NCBI GenBank assembly: GCA_965153285.1
Contig: OZ229119.1
Direction: 5' to 3' (one strand)
Source of the DNA: Podarcis tiliguerta
Lineage: Eukaryota
Length of the DNA: 64,000 nucleotides
The notes below the pieces were generated by a model that was not told the DNA's origin, did not search any database, and saw only the letters and a list, made by a program, of their open reading frames with translations. Shown piece by piece: positions 52,878-64,000 of the stretch. The position numbers and the translations under genes were made by a program. Positions within the stretch are counted from its first letter, which is position 1. Every line of letters starts with the position of its first letter.

Positions 52878-53061
52878 CTTGAAGAGGTGGTTCTCAGTGG
52901 TGCTTTTCTGTAGGATCCCCAAATCTTTTAGCTTCTGTCCAGTGAGGGTCAGCATGAGACTGTAAATGTTCTCTAGGCTCACGCCTGGAGAACACAGCCT
53001 CAGGCAGGACTTCTGGACTTCCAGTACAGCCTGGTACAATTCTGCTTGGGGACTGGTGAAC
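52878..53061 (-). CDS. XPNPEP3: XPNPEP3 exon 8 (184 nt; [16 protein letters not shown]...TENHLFK)
   Basis: Translation; CAG|G and AAG|GTAC; phase 2-0. Confidence 0.96.
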
Positions 53062-53799
53062 CTGAGAATGAGAGACAAATGCAAACCACTTCAAGCAGGG
53101 TTTGAACAGGAAGGAAAGCCTGTCCAGGCTACAAAATAATGATGTGAGGTGACCCTAACGAAACTGTTCCACATCAGAATGCAGGTTTGAATACTCGCCT
53201 CTTATCAAATACTCTCTACGCATCAAAATGTGGTATGTTAAGGAGAAGACAAGGCTTAAAATGCTGGCTTTCCACCCAGGAAGGGGAATGAGTGCCCCAT
53301 ATATGTCTTTTTTAAAAGTAACTTTTACTGTGTTTTCCAGATAGAACATACAAAGTATGCACAAAATATGAATACAAACTAATGATCCAAACAGAAGCCC
53401 CAGCTGCATTCTGAAGTGGAACAGAACCATGCGAAATATCTGAATGAGTAGGGTAGTTCTGCATCACCACAACCGTAAGCCATTACTCGCATGCTGCAGT
53501 TTGTGAAGCAGGCTGATCGTTGTGTACTGAGAAAGAACATGCAAGTATAAACAGGGGAGAAAAGCTCCTGAAGCACAGCAAACTAGAGAAAGGACAGTGG
53601 TGAAGCAGAGACACTTTTCAGGAAGCTCAGCGGAGCAAAGCTACCACAGGTTTATTGAAATTGTACCTGGATTCATTTCCCCAACACCCTTCCAAAACTC
53701 CCCAACAGATAAGATGCAGGCATGCTCAGGAGGCTGCAAGCTGCAGCTCTCATGACCTCAAAAACAGTGCGGTATTCTCCTGCTGGGAATAGAACCTAC

Positions 53800-53885
53800 C
53801 TGCCATTGATGGGCCAAGTGCGGGTGATGTCGCTTACATAACCAGAGTATTCGCATCCCCCATCCAGTAAAACCATTTCTCCATC
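53800..53885 (-). CDS. XPNPEP3: XPNPEP3 exon 7 (86 nt; [29 protein letters not shown])
   Basis: Carries both metal-ligand Asp residues (LLDGG, SDITRT); canonical splice sites. Confidence 0.97.
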
Positions 53886-56437
53886 CTGGGGCAGAAGAAA
53901 AAGCAATTCACTCAACCAGAGGTAGAAAATAAGAGAGAACTCTTTGAACTTGAATTTATGCATAATACTGGGTGGGATAAATTACTACTACTTTTTCATC
54001 AGACGGAAGACCAGGGTGTTGGAAGCTGTTTTCCAGCTGTAGTCCTGCCCTTTCCTGAACATCCTGTCTGCCTAGGTTAGGCCAAAGCAATTTTTAAAAG
54101 TTGGTGCCATGTTTGCTCAAGACAGTATGAGATACAAAATAAGCAACTTCTAATCAGATCAGCTTCTCCTAGTGCAGTGATTTAAAGAAAAATTCTGAGT
54201 TGCACAGAACTCTACCAGCCAATAGATTAGACAGATGGGCGATTCTTAGCTATACAAAAGAGGAAAAGCTGTTTATGCACAGTTACAGATTGTTCCAATG
54301 ACCCATGAAGCCAACTGCAGGTAATGCAGGAATGCAGACCTGTGACCTTCCAGATGTGGTTGGACTACAATGTCCATAATCTTTGAGCATTGGCCATGCT
54401 ATCTGGAGATTATGGGAGCAACAGTTGAACCAGACATGCAGGGCCACAGGTTCCCCATTTGTGTCCTAAAGGTAAATGAATATGTTTGAAATGTTTTGCA
54501 TTGCCCATGATTTAGCTGAAGTAACTAAAATCTTCGTCATAGATGCCGACTTCATGCTCTCTACCTTATGTAAGTCCCTCTAAATGTAAATGATCACCCT
54601 ATTTTGATGGGCTCATTAAAATCACAGACTGCTTGCAGTATAAGGCCTGCCTGCAGAGACTTGAATGGGACAGACGTAATCATCATACTCACTGTCTTTA
54701 AAAAAACACACCATTAATGTATTTTAATAGAATTGATATAATATTATTTTATAACATGCTGGAAGCATATTAAAACCTTATTGTGATCTCCCTGACAGTT
54801 CAGCTCAACTGGATGGAATGCGTACAAAAGATTCTGTTGTTCTGATAAACCTCGAAATCCATTTCAGGGCAGCTGTGATCAGTGTTCTTAAGTTCCAGAA
54901 GGGAACGGTGGAGATAAAAGACCTCGTTTTAAGAACTGAGTCTCACCAGTAATATGCTACTCTAGAAAGAGTCCACCTGCTGCCCTGCGACAAGAGGGCC
55001 TCCCTGTGCTTGTGCGCTTCAGCTGTTCATTATCATTCCTATATCCCCCCAATCTCCCTCCAAGTAATCAGAACAGCGAAATCCCTTCCTTAGTCAAAAG
55101 CCTCCCTTTCCCCCAGCAATTATTAGTCACCTGTTAAAAAGCATCATAATTTTGGAAACTGGCAGGCATCATGTGGCCCCATTCACCAGTCTCTTTGTAA
55201 GGAAAGGAAGGAAGAGAACATCTACTTCTGAAGAAATACTTTTCTTAAATGACTGAATAATCAAGACCTGGACTCTGTGACACTGCATTCAAACTAAGAA
55301 GGGGGAAACAGTGTTAGGGGAATTCTGCAGGGACCATCCAGATACGAGAACATGCATTACATCTGTTCAGTTTTTGTGTGCAGAAATATAATCCCTTATT
55401 ATTCCCCCCACAAGGAGCATCATGTTTGATGTAGATGTATGAGAATGTTCCAGAAGTTCTTTACTTGGCTTTCTCGAGAGGAAGTCCCTGTCTCTAGATA
55501 CAGGGTAAGCAGAAATACCCTGGGACAGAGTAGAGCTGGTTTTACTTTAGTAATGTGCATCTCAATAAACCATTCAGGAACAGGGCTGTGTAGTCCTCTT
55601 TTTAAGATGTCTTAGTCCTGCTCTTTCTTCACTGCTCTCTTCAATGGGCCAATGATCACACGCCCCTCAAGGACAGGCTGCAAAACTACTTGAGTTTGAG
55701 GCTTTGCCATCATGGTGGTTAATATATACAAGTACCAGTCGTGTAATTGGGCCAGACAGTGTGATTATTTCTACGCCAGCAACCCTGATGGTTGATGGCA
55801 TCAGCCAGACCATTCAGTCGGGTTGATTCATGCAATACGAGCCACAATAACTTACAGCAAACATGGGACCCTCCAAGCTTATGACATCCGAATAGGGATC
55901 TAGTCAATTACCAGAGTTGAAGAAAGGGTGATACAGAAGATGACTGTTTGAAAATATTCTCTAAGGTAGATATTTTCTTCACTGACTTGGAAATTGGCTC
56001 TGCTCCCTGGAGGACCCTCTTTGCCTTCAAACACATTTTCGTGGCCTCCAACATCTTTCTTCTACCCTTCACAAATCAACCGATGACACTGGTACGCAGC
56101 AGAAAATAATGTAACAGCCTTCCCTTAACCTGGTGGCCTGCAAGCGTTTTGGGCTACAACTCCCATCAGCCTCACCTAGCAAGGTCAATGGTCATGGATG
56201 ATGAGAGTTGCAGTCCAACAACATCTGGATGGGTTAGGCTGTAGCTAGACTCTAGCACAGTATAGACACATTGGATTCGCAGGACACTTCCACAGTGTGC
56301 TGATTACTAGAAAAATCTGAAAGGGTGATGTTTGTATAGCTCTCATTCAGAATAGGGGACTCAAATTGTACCTCCAAAATCAATGTGCTCCCACACTAGC
56401 AAAAAAGGTTAAGTTTAGTACACACGTAGTCATATAG

Positions 56438-56566
56438 CAGGGATGGGGAACCTTTGGCTCTCGAGAAGATGCTACATTAAAGCTGCCATCTCCCCTGATG
56501 GACTGGACCGGCTGGTGAGAGTTGTAGCCCTGCAACATTTGTTGGGCCACAGGTGCCCCACTCCTG
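56438..56566. mobile_element. Short palindromic hAT MITE (other copies 63126-63244, ~36011-36147, ~54330-54460, ~56115-56240, ~10500-10605)
   Basis: CAGGGATGGGGAACC...GGTGCCCCACTCCTG; near-TSDs TCATATAG/TCATACAT here and CCCTACTC/CCCTGCTC at the 63126 copy. Confidence 0.8.
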
Positions 56567-57110
56567 TCATACATGGAGCTGTTTATAAATCACTCTTCAA
56601 CATAAATAAATCACTCAGCCATCATATCAAAATTCAGCATGTAGCAATTTTTGAAAAGTGTGAAAACCTGACATGTTTGCCTCTTGCGGTTAAAACATGA
56701 GACGTGAAGTTTAAAGCATAAAAGAGACCAGACATGCCAACACAGAATAAGCCAATCTGCACATGGGGTGGAATGTTGGGCACCAGGAGTTCCACTGTCT
56801 CTTCAAATATTTGCATTTGGGAAAGGGGTGCTTCCAGTAGGAGACAGGCAAAACTGATGCTTGCTGAATGCAAAAAAATTGGAGAGAAATCACAATTAAC
56901 AGAAAAAAGGCAGGGAATGAAATATTGGCTTATGAAACAAGGCTTATCTGACCAAAACACTATTTGCTCACTGAGGACACAGTGGTATGTTTGGAGTGCT
57001 TCTGACATTCTGCACATTTCAAAATGTATTGGGCCAAATAAATCTTGTTTTGGCAACTTCCAAGATTTCATCACTCCTTTCTTTGCTTGCAGAATGCAAA
57101 CCTCCTTTAC

Positions 57111-57112
<2 letters not shown>

Positions 57113-57153
<41 letters not shown>
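57113..57153. repeat. (AC)n microsatellite
   Basis: Directly visible. Confidence 0.97.
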
Positions 57154-57156
<3 letters not shown>

Positions 57157-57616
57157 TGTGTTATGTGCAGACACCCTCTGAAGGCAATTACTATCATTGA
57201 ACAGTGAAGGTTTAGTTGTCAAACTGATGATCTTAATGGGAAGATTTGCCAAACAACAGTAGTTTTGGAACCAGTCCACGTGAACTCTGTGAGGACAACA
57301 CCCAAGATAAATGTTACAGCTTCTCGGATTCAAGTCAGATATGCAAACCTAACAAGGAAAAAGCACTGCAGAGTCACTCCATAGCTCAGGCTTTGCTGAG
57401 GCATACTCCCGACCACACCCTCTCCTCTATGTTAAGCTAACTACGGTAAGAGATGGCATGGACACACACCCAGGAAGCAGAGGTCACAACTCTGAGGGGT
57501 GCACAAAACAGCAAACATGGGTCAGAATAAAACTTCTCCAAATAGTTTAGCAAGGCTTGAGAGAGATGAAGTTATCAGTAGGTTGCAGTAAGAAGTGTCA
57601 GAATCCATTTGGTTAC

Positions 57617-57730
57617 CTTGATGAGCTGGTTGTTTTTCACATAATGCAAGGTGTTGGATCTGTTGCCACCTGCAACCACAGGAGGATAAGCCAAAATATC
57701 AGCACCACGAGCCCGGCACTCAAATTCAAA
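57617..57730 (-). CDS. XPNPEP3: XPNPEP3 exon 6 (114 nt; [38 protein letters not shown])
   Basis: AYxPVVAGGxxxxTLHY motif of M24B peptidases; canonical splice sites. Confidence 0.97.
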
Positions 57731-58496
57731 CTGGAATAATTAAGTTGGAAATAAGAAAACCCATTAATTCTAGCTCAGGATTGCACAGTACACATCCCAG
57801 CCCTTTTCTGCCTGTGCATCGGACAACAAACCAATGAGGTGTAGAGGATACAATGGTGGGCTTGAATTCACTGGTAGTTTTTAAGTGGCTAAATCAATTA
57901 CAGATTTACACGACTCCCTTTGCCTCAGACAATTCTCCCATTTGTTGTATTTATCTCCTTGATGCTTCTGATTTGGGCTCACTGGATGAAATGTTTGAAA
58001 GAAATGTGGAAAACCAGGAGGCACTTCTAATTCCATTAAGCACATTCTCTGTGGCAGGCTCAATCCATATCCTAGCCAATTCATTTCTTATGCAGGGAAG
58101 AAAGACTTGTAGGTCTGTACAATGCACAATATAGAACTATTCAAGTCATTATGCTTGTGTGAAAGAAATACACATTCTTGGATATGAAGGTATAAACCCT
58201 CATATGAGAGTGCATATGAAATAAAAAAAAATTTTTTTACTAACAAATGCAAAATTGTAAACACCTCTTAAGGTTTGTCAGGTTTTTCCTAAACTTCTCT
58301 GAAGCCTCACTCCCATGTCTGTTATCGTTTTGAAAGGAAGTAAGTTTAGGGAAAGATGCATAATGAGTTGTGGCAGAGCAAAGGCCTATATTAAGCTCCC
58401 ATTGTTGTCTTAGAAGGAAAACTAACAGTGCAATCCTCCACATGTCTACTCAGAAGCAAGTCTTAGCTAGGCCAATAGGACTTATTCATAAGGTAT

Positions 58497-58856
58497 GGTA
58501 AGGTAACGGTAAAGGACCCCTGGACAGTTAGGTCCAGTCAAAGGGGTGAGGCACTCATCTTGCTTCAGGCTGAGGGAGCATATGTTTGTCCGCAGACTGC
58601 TTTCCGGGTCATGTGGCCAGCATGACTAAACTGCTTTTGGCACAACAGAACACCAAGATAGAAACCAGAGTGCACAGAAATGCCGCTTACCTTCCCGCTG
58701 CAGTGGTAACTATTTATTTACTCATACTGGCATGCTTTTGAACTGCTAGGTTGGCAGAAGCTGGGATAGAGTAACAGGAGCTCACCCTGTCACATAGATT
58801 TGAACCACCAACCTTCTGATTGGCAAGCTCAAGACCACAGCACCAGCCGTGTCCCC
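58497..58856 (-). mobile_element. Sauria SINE (Squam1-type), near full length
   Basis: GGTAAAGGACCCCTG...TTCCGGGTCATGTGGCCAGCATGAC...TACCTTCCCG...GAACTGCTAGGTTGGCAG...GAGCTCACCC body; tRNA-like head at the right end. Confidence 0.85.
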
Positions 58857-59016
58857 TATGAAGTATGTGTGCATAGAACTGCTGCCTAAGAGGTCAATGC
58901 AATACTAAGAGGGGGATGTTATTGTTTTGTTTTTGTTCTATTTATCTGTGCTTTTATCCTGTATTTTTATCTTGTGAACCACCCTGAGGTCTTATGAAGG
59001 GCAGTAAACAAATTCA

Positions 59017-59048
59017 ATCCATCCATCCATCCATCCATCCATCCATCC
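59017..59048. repeat. (ATCC)n microsatellite, ~50 nt into the intron after XPNPEP3 exon 5
   Basis: Directly visible. Confidence 0.95.
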
Positions 59049-59098
59049 CAACTGCATGAAGAATTATGATGCTTTCTAGGATACTACAAAGCACATAC

Positions 59099-59161
59099 CT
59101 TAGCATACAGAAATGCTTCATCCACTGGAGATTTGCTTGCAAACATTGTCTCCACAAATGC
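59099..59161 (-). CDS. XPNPEP3: XPNPEP3 exon 5 (63 nt; AFVETMFASKSPVDEAFLYAK)
   Basis: Hand translation; CAG| and |GTATGT; absent from the ORF track. Confidence 0.95.
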
Positions 59162-61359
59162 CTGTCAAAAAGTCAAATACAGAATAAACATAACTTAGGA
59201 CCCAAAACCAGTCTATGGCCTGTGATGACATTCATCTCTACAGCTATTCCCAGAAGGCTTTTACTGCTGGGCAGGTCCACCAGAGGTGCCAATAACTGCC
59301 TCTTTCACAGCATTTCACAGCCAACACAGTGCATTACCACTACTCTGAATATGGCCACTTGAACCAGTACATAAAACCACCAATGTATGAGCTTAAGAAA
59401 GTTATCCTAAATATCAGCAGAGACTGTGGGTAAGAGACTTCACATGCCACATTTTATGTCAATGACCTGGCCCCAATTCCCCACACCCATTTCCCATGCT
59501 GGCTTTTGCACCACAAAAGAGGGAAATATTTGTGTTAGGATTGTATACATTTTCAAAACCATACCCCTGTTTCTGTCATTACCCTCAAAAGCTGACAGAG
59601 GTTTGTTCATGGAAGTCTGAAACAAAGCCGAGTCAATTATATACAGCATCTTTCAGTTTCTCAAACAGTTGTTAGTTTGCGTCTGTGGTATAAAACCCAC
59701 CGGGGTCTGGATGTATATCTGCCAGGACTGCTGTAAATACACTCTAATCCTGGTTGAGGAGGGAAATACAGTGGCAAGATTCCAAACGCTTGGGATCTCT
59801 TCGTGGCTTTGGGAAAACCACCATTAGTCAGGTATGTCCCCCACATCTAACACCCAGTTAAACAAGGTAGCTAAACATGGGAGAAAAACACATTGCATGC
59901 TCCAATACAGATCTCAAGGCAATCTGTCCAGACCAGTCACTTCTGGCTTTATGGTACAGCAGCCTCTGGAAGGAGAGCCATAACTACTCAAATCAATTCA
60001 AACCAAGCCACAGTTAGCACAAGCCATGGTTTCTGATACTGATCTGCTATCTAATCTAAAGTAGTGATTCTTTACTTCAAAAATCATGCTTAACCTTCAT
60101 TAATCTTCCGTAATTATGGCTTAATGTGATGCCCGAATTAAGCCTGTATCCTCAGTCACTTGACATCAAACCATCGTTTTCTTTTACAATGCAATAAAAT
60201 AATGTCCTTAATGAGTAAATAAAGTTGCAAAGCTTATCTAAAGCAATGGTAACAAGTGTCAACACAGCAACACAGTATATGCCAACAAAACAAAAAGTTG
60301 TAAGATTAAGAGCAATAATCGTGTCGGATTTACTTATAAAGCCCCTGATCCACTTTCACAGGCTTTGGTACCTACTTGTGGGTCCCAGCCCATAGATTGG
60401 TAAACACTGTTCTAGAGAAGAAATCTGAATGTTGGAAGATTCTGGACAGAGAAATGGAATCCACCACTACAATACATAATTATGAACATCAATTTGGATA
60501 GCTTTAAAAGGGGTTAAAATAATTCATGGAGAATAACACGACCAACTGCTGATAGCTGTGCTGGCTGTGTACCACCTGCAGTGTCTGAGGTGCCATGCCT
60601 CTGAATACTAGTTGCTAGGTAAACAAAAGTGGGAGGACTGTTGCATTGATGTCCTGTTTGAATGCTTCCTATAGGCACCTGACTAGCAACTGTGCGAACA
60701 GGGTGCTAGAATAGATGGGCTTTTGGTCTGATCCCGAAAAGCTCTTTTTTATTCTTAGTAATAGTCCCATTTGGAAAAGGCGAACCAGGAATTACTATCA
60801 TTAAATATATTGTTATTAAAATCTATAGTCAAAGTGCATGTTTTCAAATTTAATTTGAGATTGATCTTATTCCACATCAGAAATCATTTCCATAATGGAT
60901 CATTATGGATTTTCAAAAACCAGTTCTGCTTCTTAAAAATGCCCCTCAAAGTTTATTTCAAAACACTGCATTCTAAGACCAACCACGGGATGTCACTAGA
61001 TAAATAACCCAAGATGGAATTGGCTCAGATTGTGAAACTAAGTAATAACGAAGAAGATCAAGTACATTTGGTTCCCACCTAATTGGTGTTTTGTTGAATT
61101 ACTTTGTATGAAATTAATTGTTGTGTTAGCCAATAAAGGTCTTGCCGTATTGGAAAGCTTAGTCTACAAATGCCTTCCCATAAAATTGAAGAATGTATTT
61201 TCCTTGGGATTACCCACTTATAAAAGAACAGTCCCCAGAACCATCCAACCAGAAGCAACCCAAGTTTGTCCACATCTCATCTCCCCTTTGAAAAGTGTTT
61301 CTGCACCATGCCAGATTTTCTGTTAACATCCTGTTAGGCACAACTGCCTTGTCCCGTAC

Positions 61360-61562
61360 CTGTGATGTCACCTTGCCAGCAATCTTCATTCTCTCAATCT
61401 CTGCAGCAGATTTAACCAGTCGTAGGTTTTGCACTAAGTGCCTGATTGCTCGGATACGATTCTTGCTTCTAGCTTTGACTTCTGCCAGGTATAGCAAGTA
61501 ATCAGAATGGAGTTGTGGATGCACAGGTTTAGCAAAATCATACCAAACCATACTAGATTCAT
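61360..61562 (-). CDS. XPNPEP3: XPNPEP3 exon 4 (203 nt; DESSMVWY...[22 protein letters not shown])
   Basis: LRLxKSxxEI motif; CAG| and |GTACGG. Confidence 0.96.
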
Positions 61563-62544
61563 CTGTGAAACAGAATATAAACACACGTTAGTTTAATTAG
61601 CCCTATATATCTTGGGGGAAATCAGTACTTTGAAAATCTGCCTGAAAGGAATTGGCAAGAACTACTGTATTGTTGAAACTATTCTTTCTATTCTAATGTA
61701 CCATCCACTTAGAAACAAAATTGTATACTTATATCTATTATCTATTTTGGAAAGTTTGCCTGTTCTCCATGCATCTGAGGACAACACTTAAGGTACCTTA
61801 ACCAAGTTTTACACGATCAAACATCAAGTTTTCATCTCTGTTTGAATACAATTTTGAATCAAGGTAGCAGACTGAACCTTTCAAACCTGCACTTATTTTA
61901 ATACTTAAAATTCCCAAGCAATGCTGGGTATGAGGCTTCCAGCTAATTATAAGCTGAGAAAATCATAGAGTTGGAAGGTACCTTGGAGGTCATCACACCC
62001 GCCCCCCCCCGCCCCCCAGGTCAATGTAGGATCTAAAATGCAGGATACAATTATAGATATTTCACAGCAGAAAATTGTCTGTGTAAATAGGATATCCACT
62101 TTCCTCAATGTAAATATGTCATCTAATCTTATGGAAAACCAGGCCTTTGGATGATATATGTCAGAAAGAAGCAAGCCTGTCAAGTGGACACATTATTCTT
62201 CCCTAATAGTCATTATTCAAATAAAGGGATCCTGAAGGGACAATGCAAATGTTTGCCACAGTACTGAAGACTTCTGTGATTTTTCTACTATATTAGTAAA
62301 GATCCCTGAGCCACAGGCCATCCAACAGCCGCAGGAGAATCTAAAATGTTGATTATGTAACTTTTCTCAAATATTTTTAAAGGGGTGGGGGGTGGGGAAT
62401 TACAACCAGGTAGCTGGGAGCACAAAATTCCTTTGCATGTTTCCACTATGCTCTCCACCTGTGAGCAACCTGCCCAAAGGCTTTGTACACCCTGCCGAAA
62501 CTCCTACCAATCCACATCTCCTATATGTTTCTTCTTCTTCTTAC

Positions 62545-62943
62545 CTTTCAATTTAGCCACCAGGTGCCTAAACTCTTCTATGGTATATGCTTCATCCACG
62601 CCCGTGAGAGCCACTGCCCCATCTGTACCAGACCGCGGTCCATCCCATAGCTCCCTGCTTGGATCCCGCCGTGGGACAAACAACAGAGCTTTGTGGGATG
62701 GCAAAGGTTTGCCAGGCACAGTCTGTAACACCAAGATGCTGTCAGGCTCCTGGAACCCGCACAAATACAGGAAGTTAGTGTCCTGGTGGAAGGTGTATGG
62801 AATATCATTGCTCATGTAGTAGGTGGGATTGGATAGCAGAATCACTGTGTGGTCCATGCCTGGCACCTCTTTGTGTATCTGAGCCATCAACTTGTGCCTA
62901 CGGAGAGCATACTCCACTTGCGACAACCCCGGTGTTACTTCTC
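62545..62943 (-). CDS. XPNPEP3: Xaa-Pro aminopeptidase 3, exon equivalent to human exon 3 (399 nt; [12 protein letters not shown]...FRHLVAKLK); upstream exons lie outside the window
   Basis: Aminopeptidase P N-domain motifs ([27 protein letters not shown]); CAG|GA and AAG|GTAAG; phase 1-1. Confidence 0.97.
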
Positions 62944-64000
62944 CTGCGAACAGAAATCAAAATAGCTATTCTTGTTTCAAAAACACCTCTTCATTCTGTT
63001 AATTTCCTGTGCTATGCTGCTAAGCAGCAAATTTTCCTCCTCTAGCATGTCATTGCTCCTCTCAATTGACTCTCCTTTCTACCTCACACCCTCTTTTCTC
63101 CTCATCACTATTCTTTTCCCTACTCCAAGGTGGGAAACTTGCTGGACTCCAGCTCCCATCAGCATCAGCCAGAATAACCAATGGCTGGGGTGATGGGAAT
63201 TACACTCCAGCAACATCTGGAGGGCTAGAGGTTGGCTACCCCTGCCCTGCTCCAATGTGTACACATTTTCAGTGTATTTCACAGTCATGTGTAAGAAAGA
63301 AAAGCTCCATTTGAAATTAACTAACATTAATTCTCAAGGCATTCCACAAACTAACATAAGGATATTAATTTTTAGATTGGAGAATAGGTGATGATGGAGG
63401 AAGAAAATAGGTACACTTTAACCCAATTGAAATACTACACTTTTTCAGCTTCTGGATATTGAACAGGCAATGGTAGTGCTGGGTGCAACCTTTAAGGTGA
63501 AGTCAGAAGAGATATTAGATTACCCAGCGAAAATTTCTCCAAAACTTATCAAGCTTCTAACAGTGAACAATCATCGGACTATTTTTAGTATTATAAGCTA
63601 TGTACCTAATAGCTCCAAGGAAAAATTCTCTTTCTCGGAACTGCAGATTTAATCTGTCAACCACATTTTATCTGCAAAGAATGCAAAGTACAGAGTCTTT
63701 TTAACACAACTGGACTGAAGAAACAAGAGCTGCTGATTGCAAATGAGGTACACTCTTGGCATAATCTATGACCACAATCCTGCACTCGTACATGTTAATG
63801 AAGTTAAGTGGGACGTTTTATGTGAGAACTGCACCCTTAGGCTACAATCCCTAAGCAAGCTTACATGGAAGGAAGTCCCAGTGAAAATGATAGGAGACTA
63901 ATGCTGCAAGCAGTTATATGAGGTTCTCAAGCCAAAGGTCTTTGCCTAGATGTTTATGCTACCTGTTTCATATGGCTACCTTGCATTCAGAATTTTTTCC

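Noticed and set aside
56634-57333. Overlapping 104-187 aa ORFs with CVCV/THTH
   Set aside because: Intronic, driven by the (AC)n repeat; no domain or exon signals.

Overview
Vertebrate nuclear DNA, almost certainly a squamate; the SINE/MITE/LINE repertoire looks lacertid-lizard-like. It holds the conserved syntenic block XPNPEP3-RBX1-EP300, all on the minus strand. Present are: the 3' eight exons of XPNPEP3 (human exons 3-10, 62943->47663), the complete 5-exon RBX1 gene (108 aa, 41939->35603), and the EP300 promoter, long GC-rich 5' leader and first coding exon (6655->6562), with intron 1 running off the left edge. I read all splice sites and phases by hand and they are canonical and consistent. 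The ~27 kb RBX1-EP300 interval has no credible protein gene. It contains transposon remnants, an orphan CpG-rich motif cluster (~25.7-27.1 kb), a ~0.9 kb inverted duplication (12.6-13.5 kb vs 20.1-21.0 kb) and a Penelope-type minimal hammerhead ribozyme (24354-24391). The most interesting candidate is a uORF set in the EP300 leader: a start-stop ATG-TGA plus an Arg-rich 50-aa uORF that appear shared with human. Human comparisons are from memory and need alignment. No prokaryotic-type system is present, and most ORFs in the supplied track are spurious.
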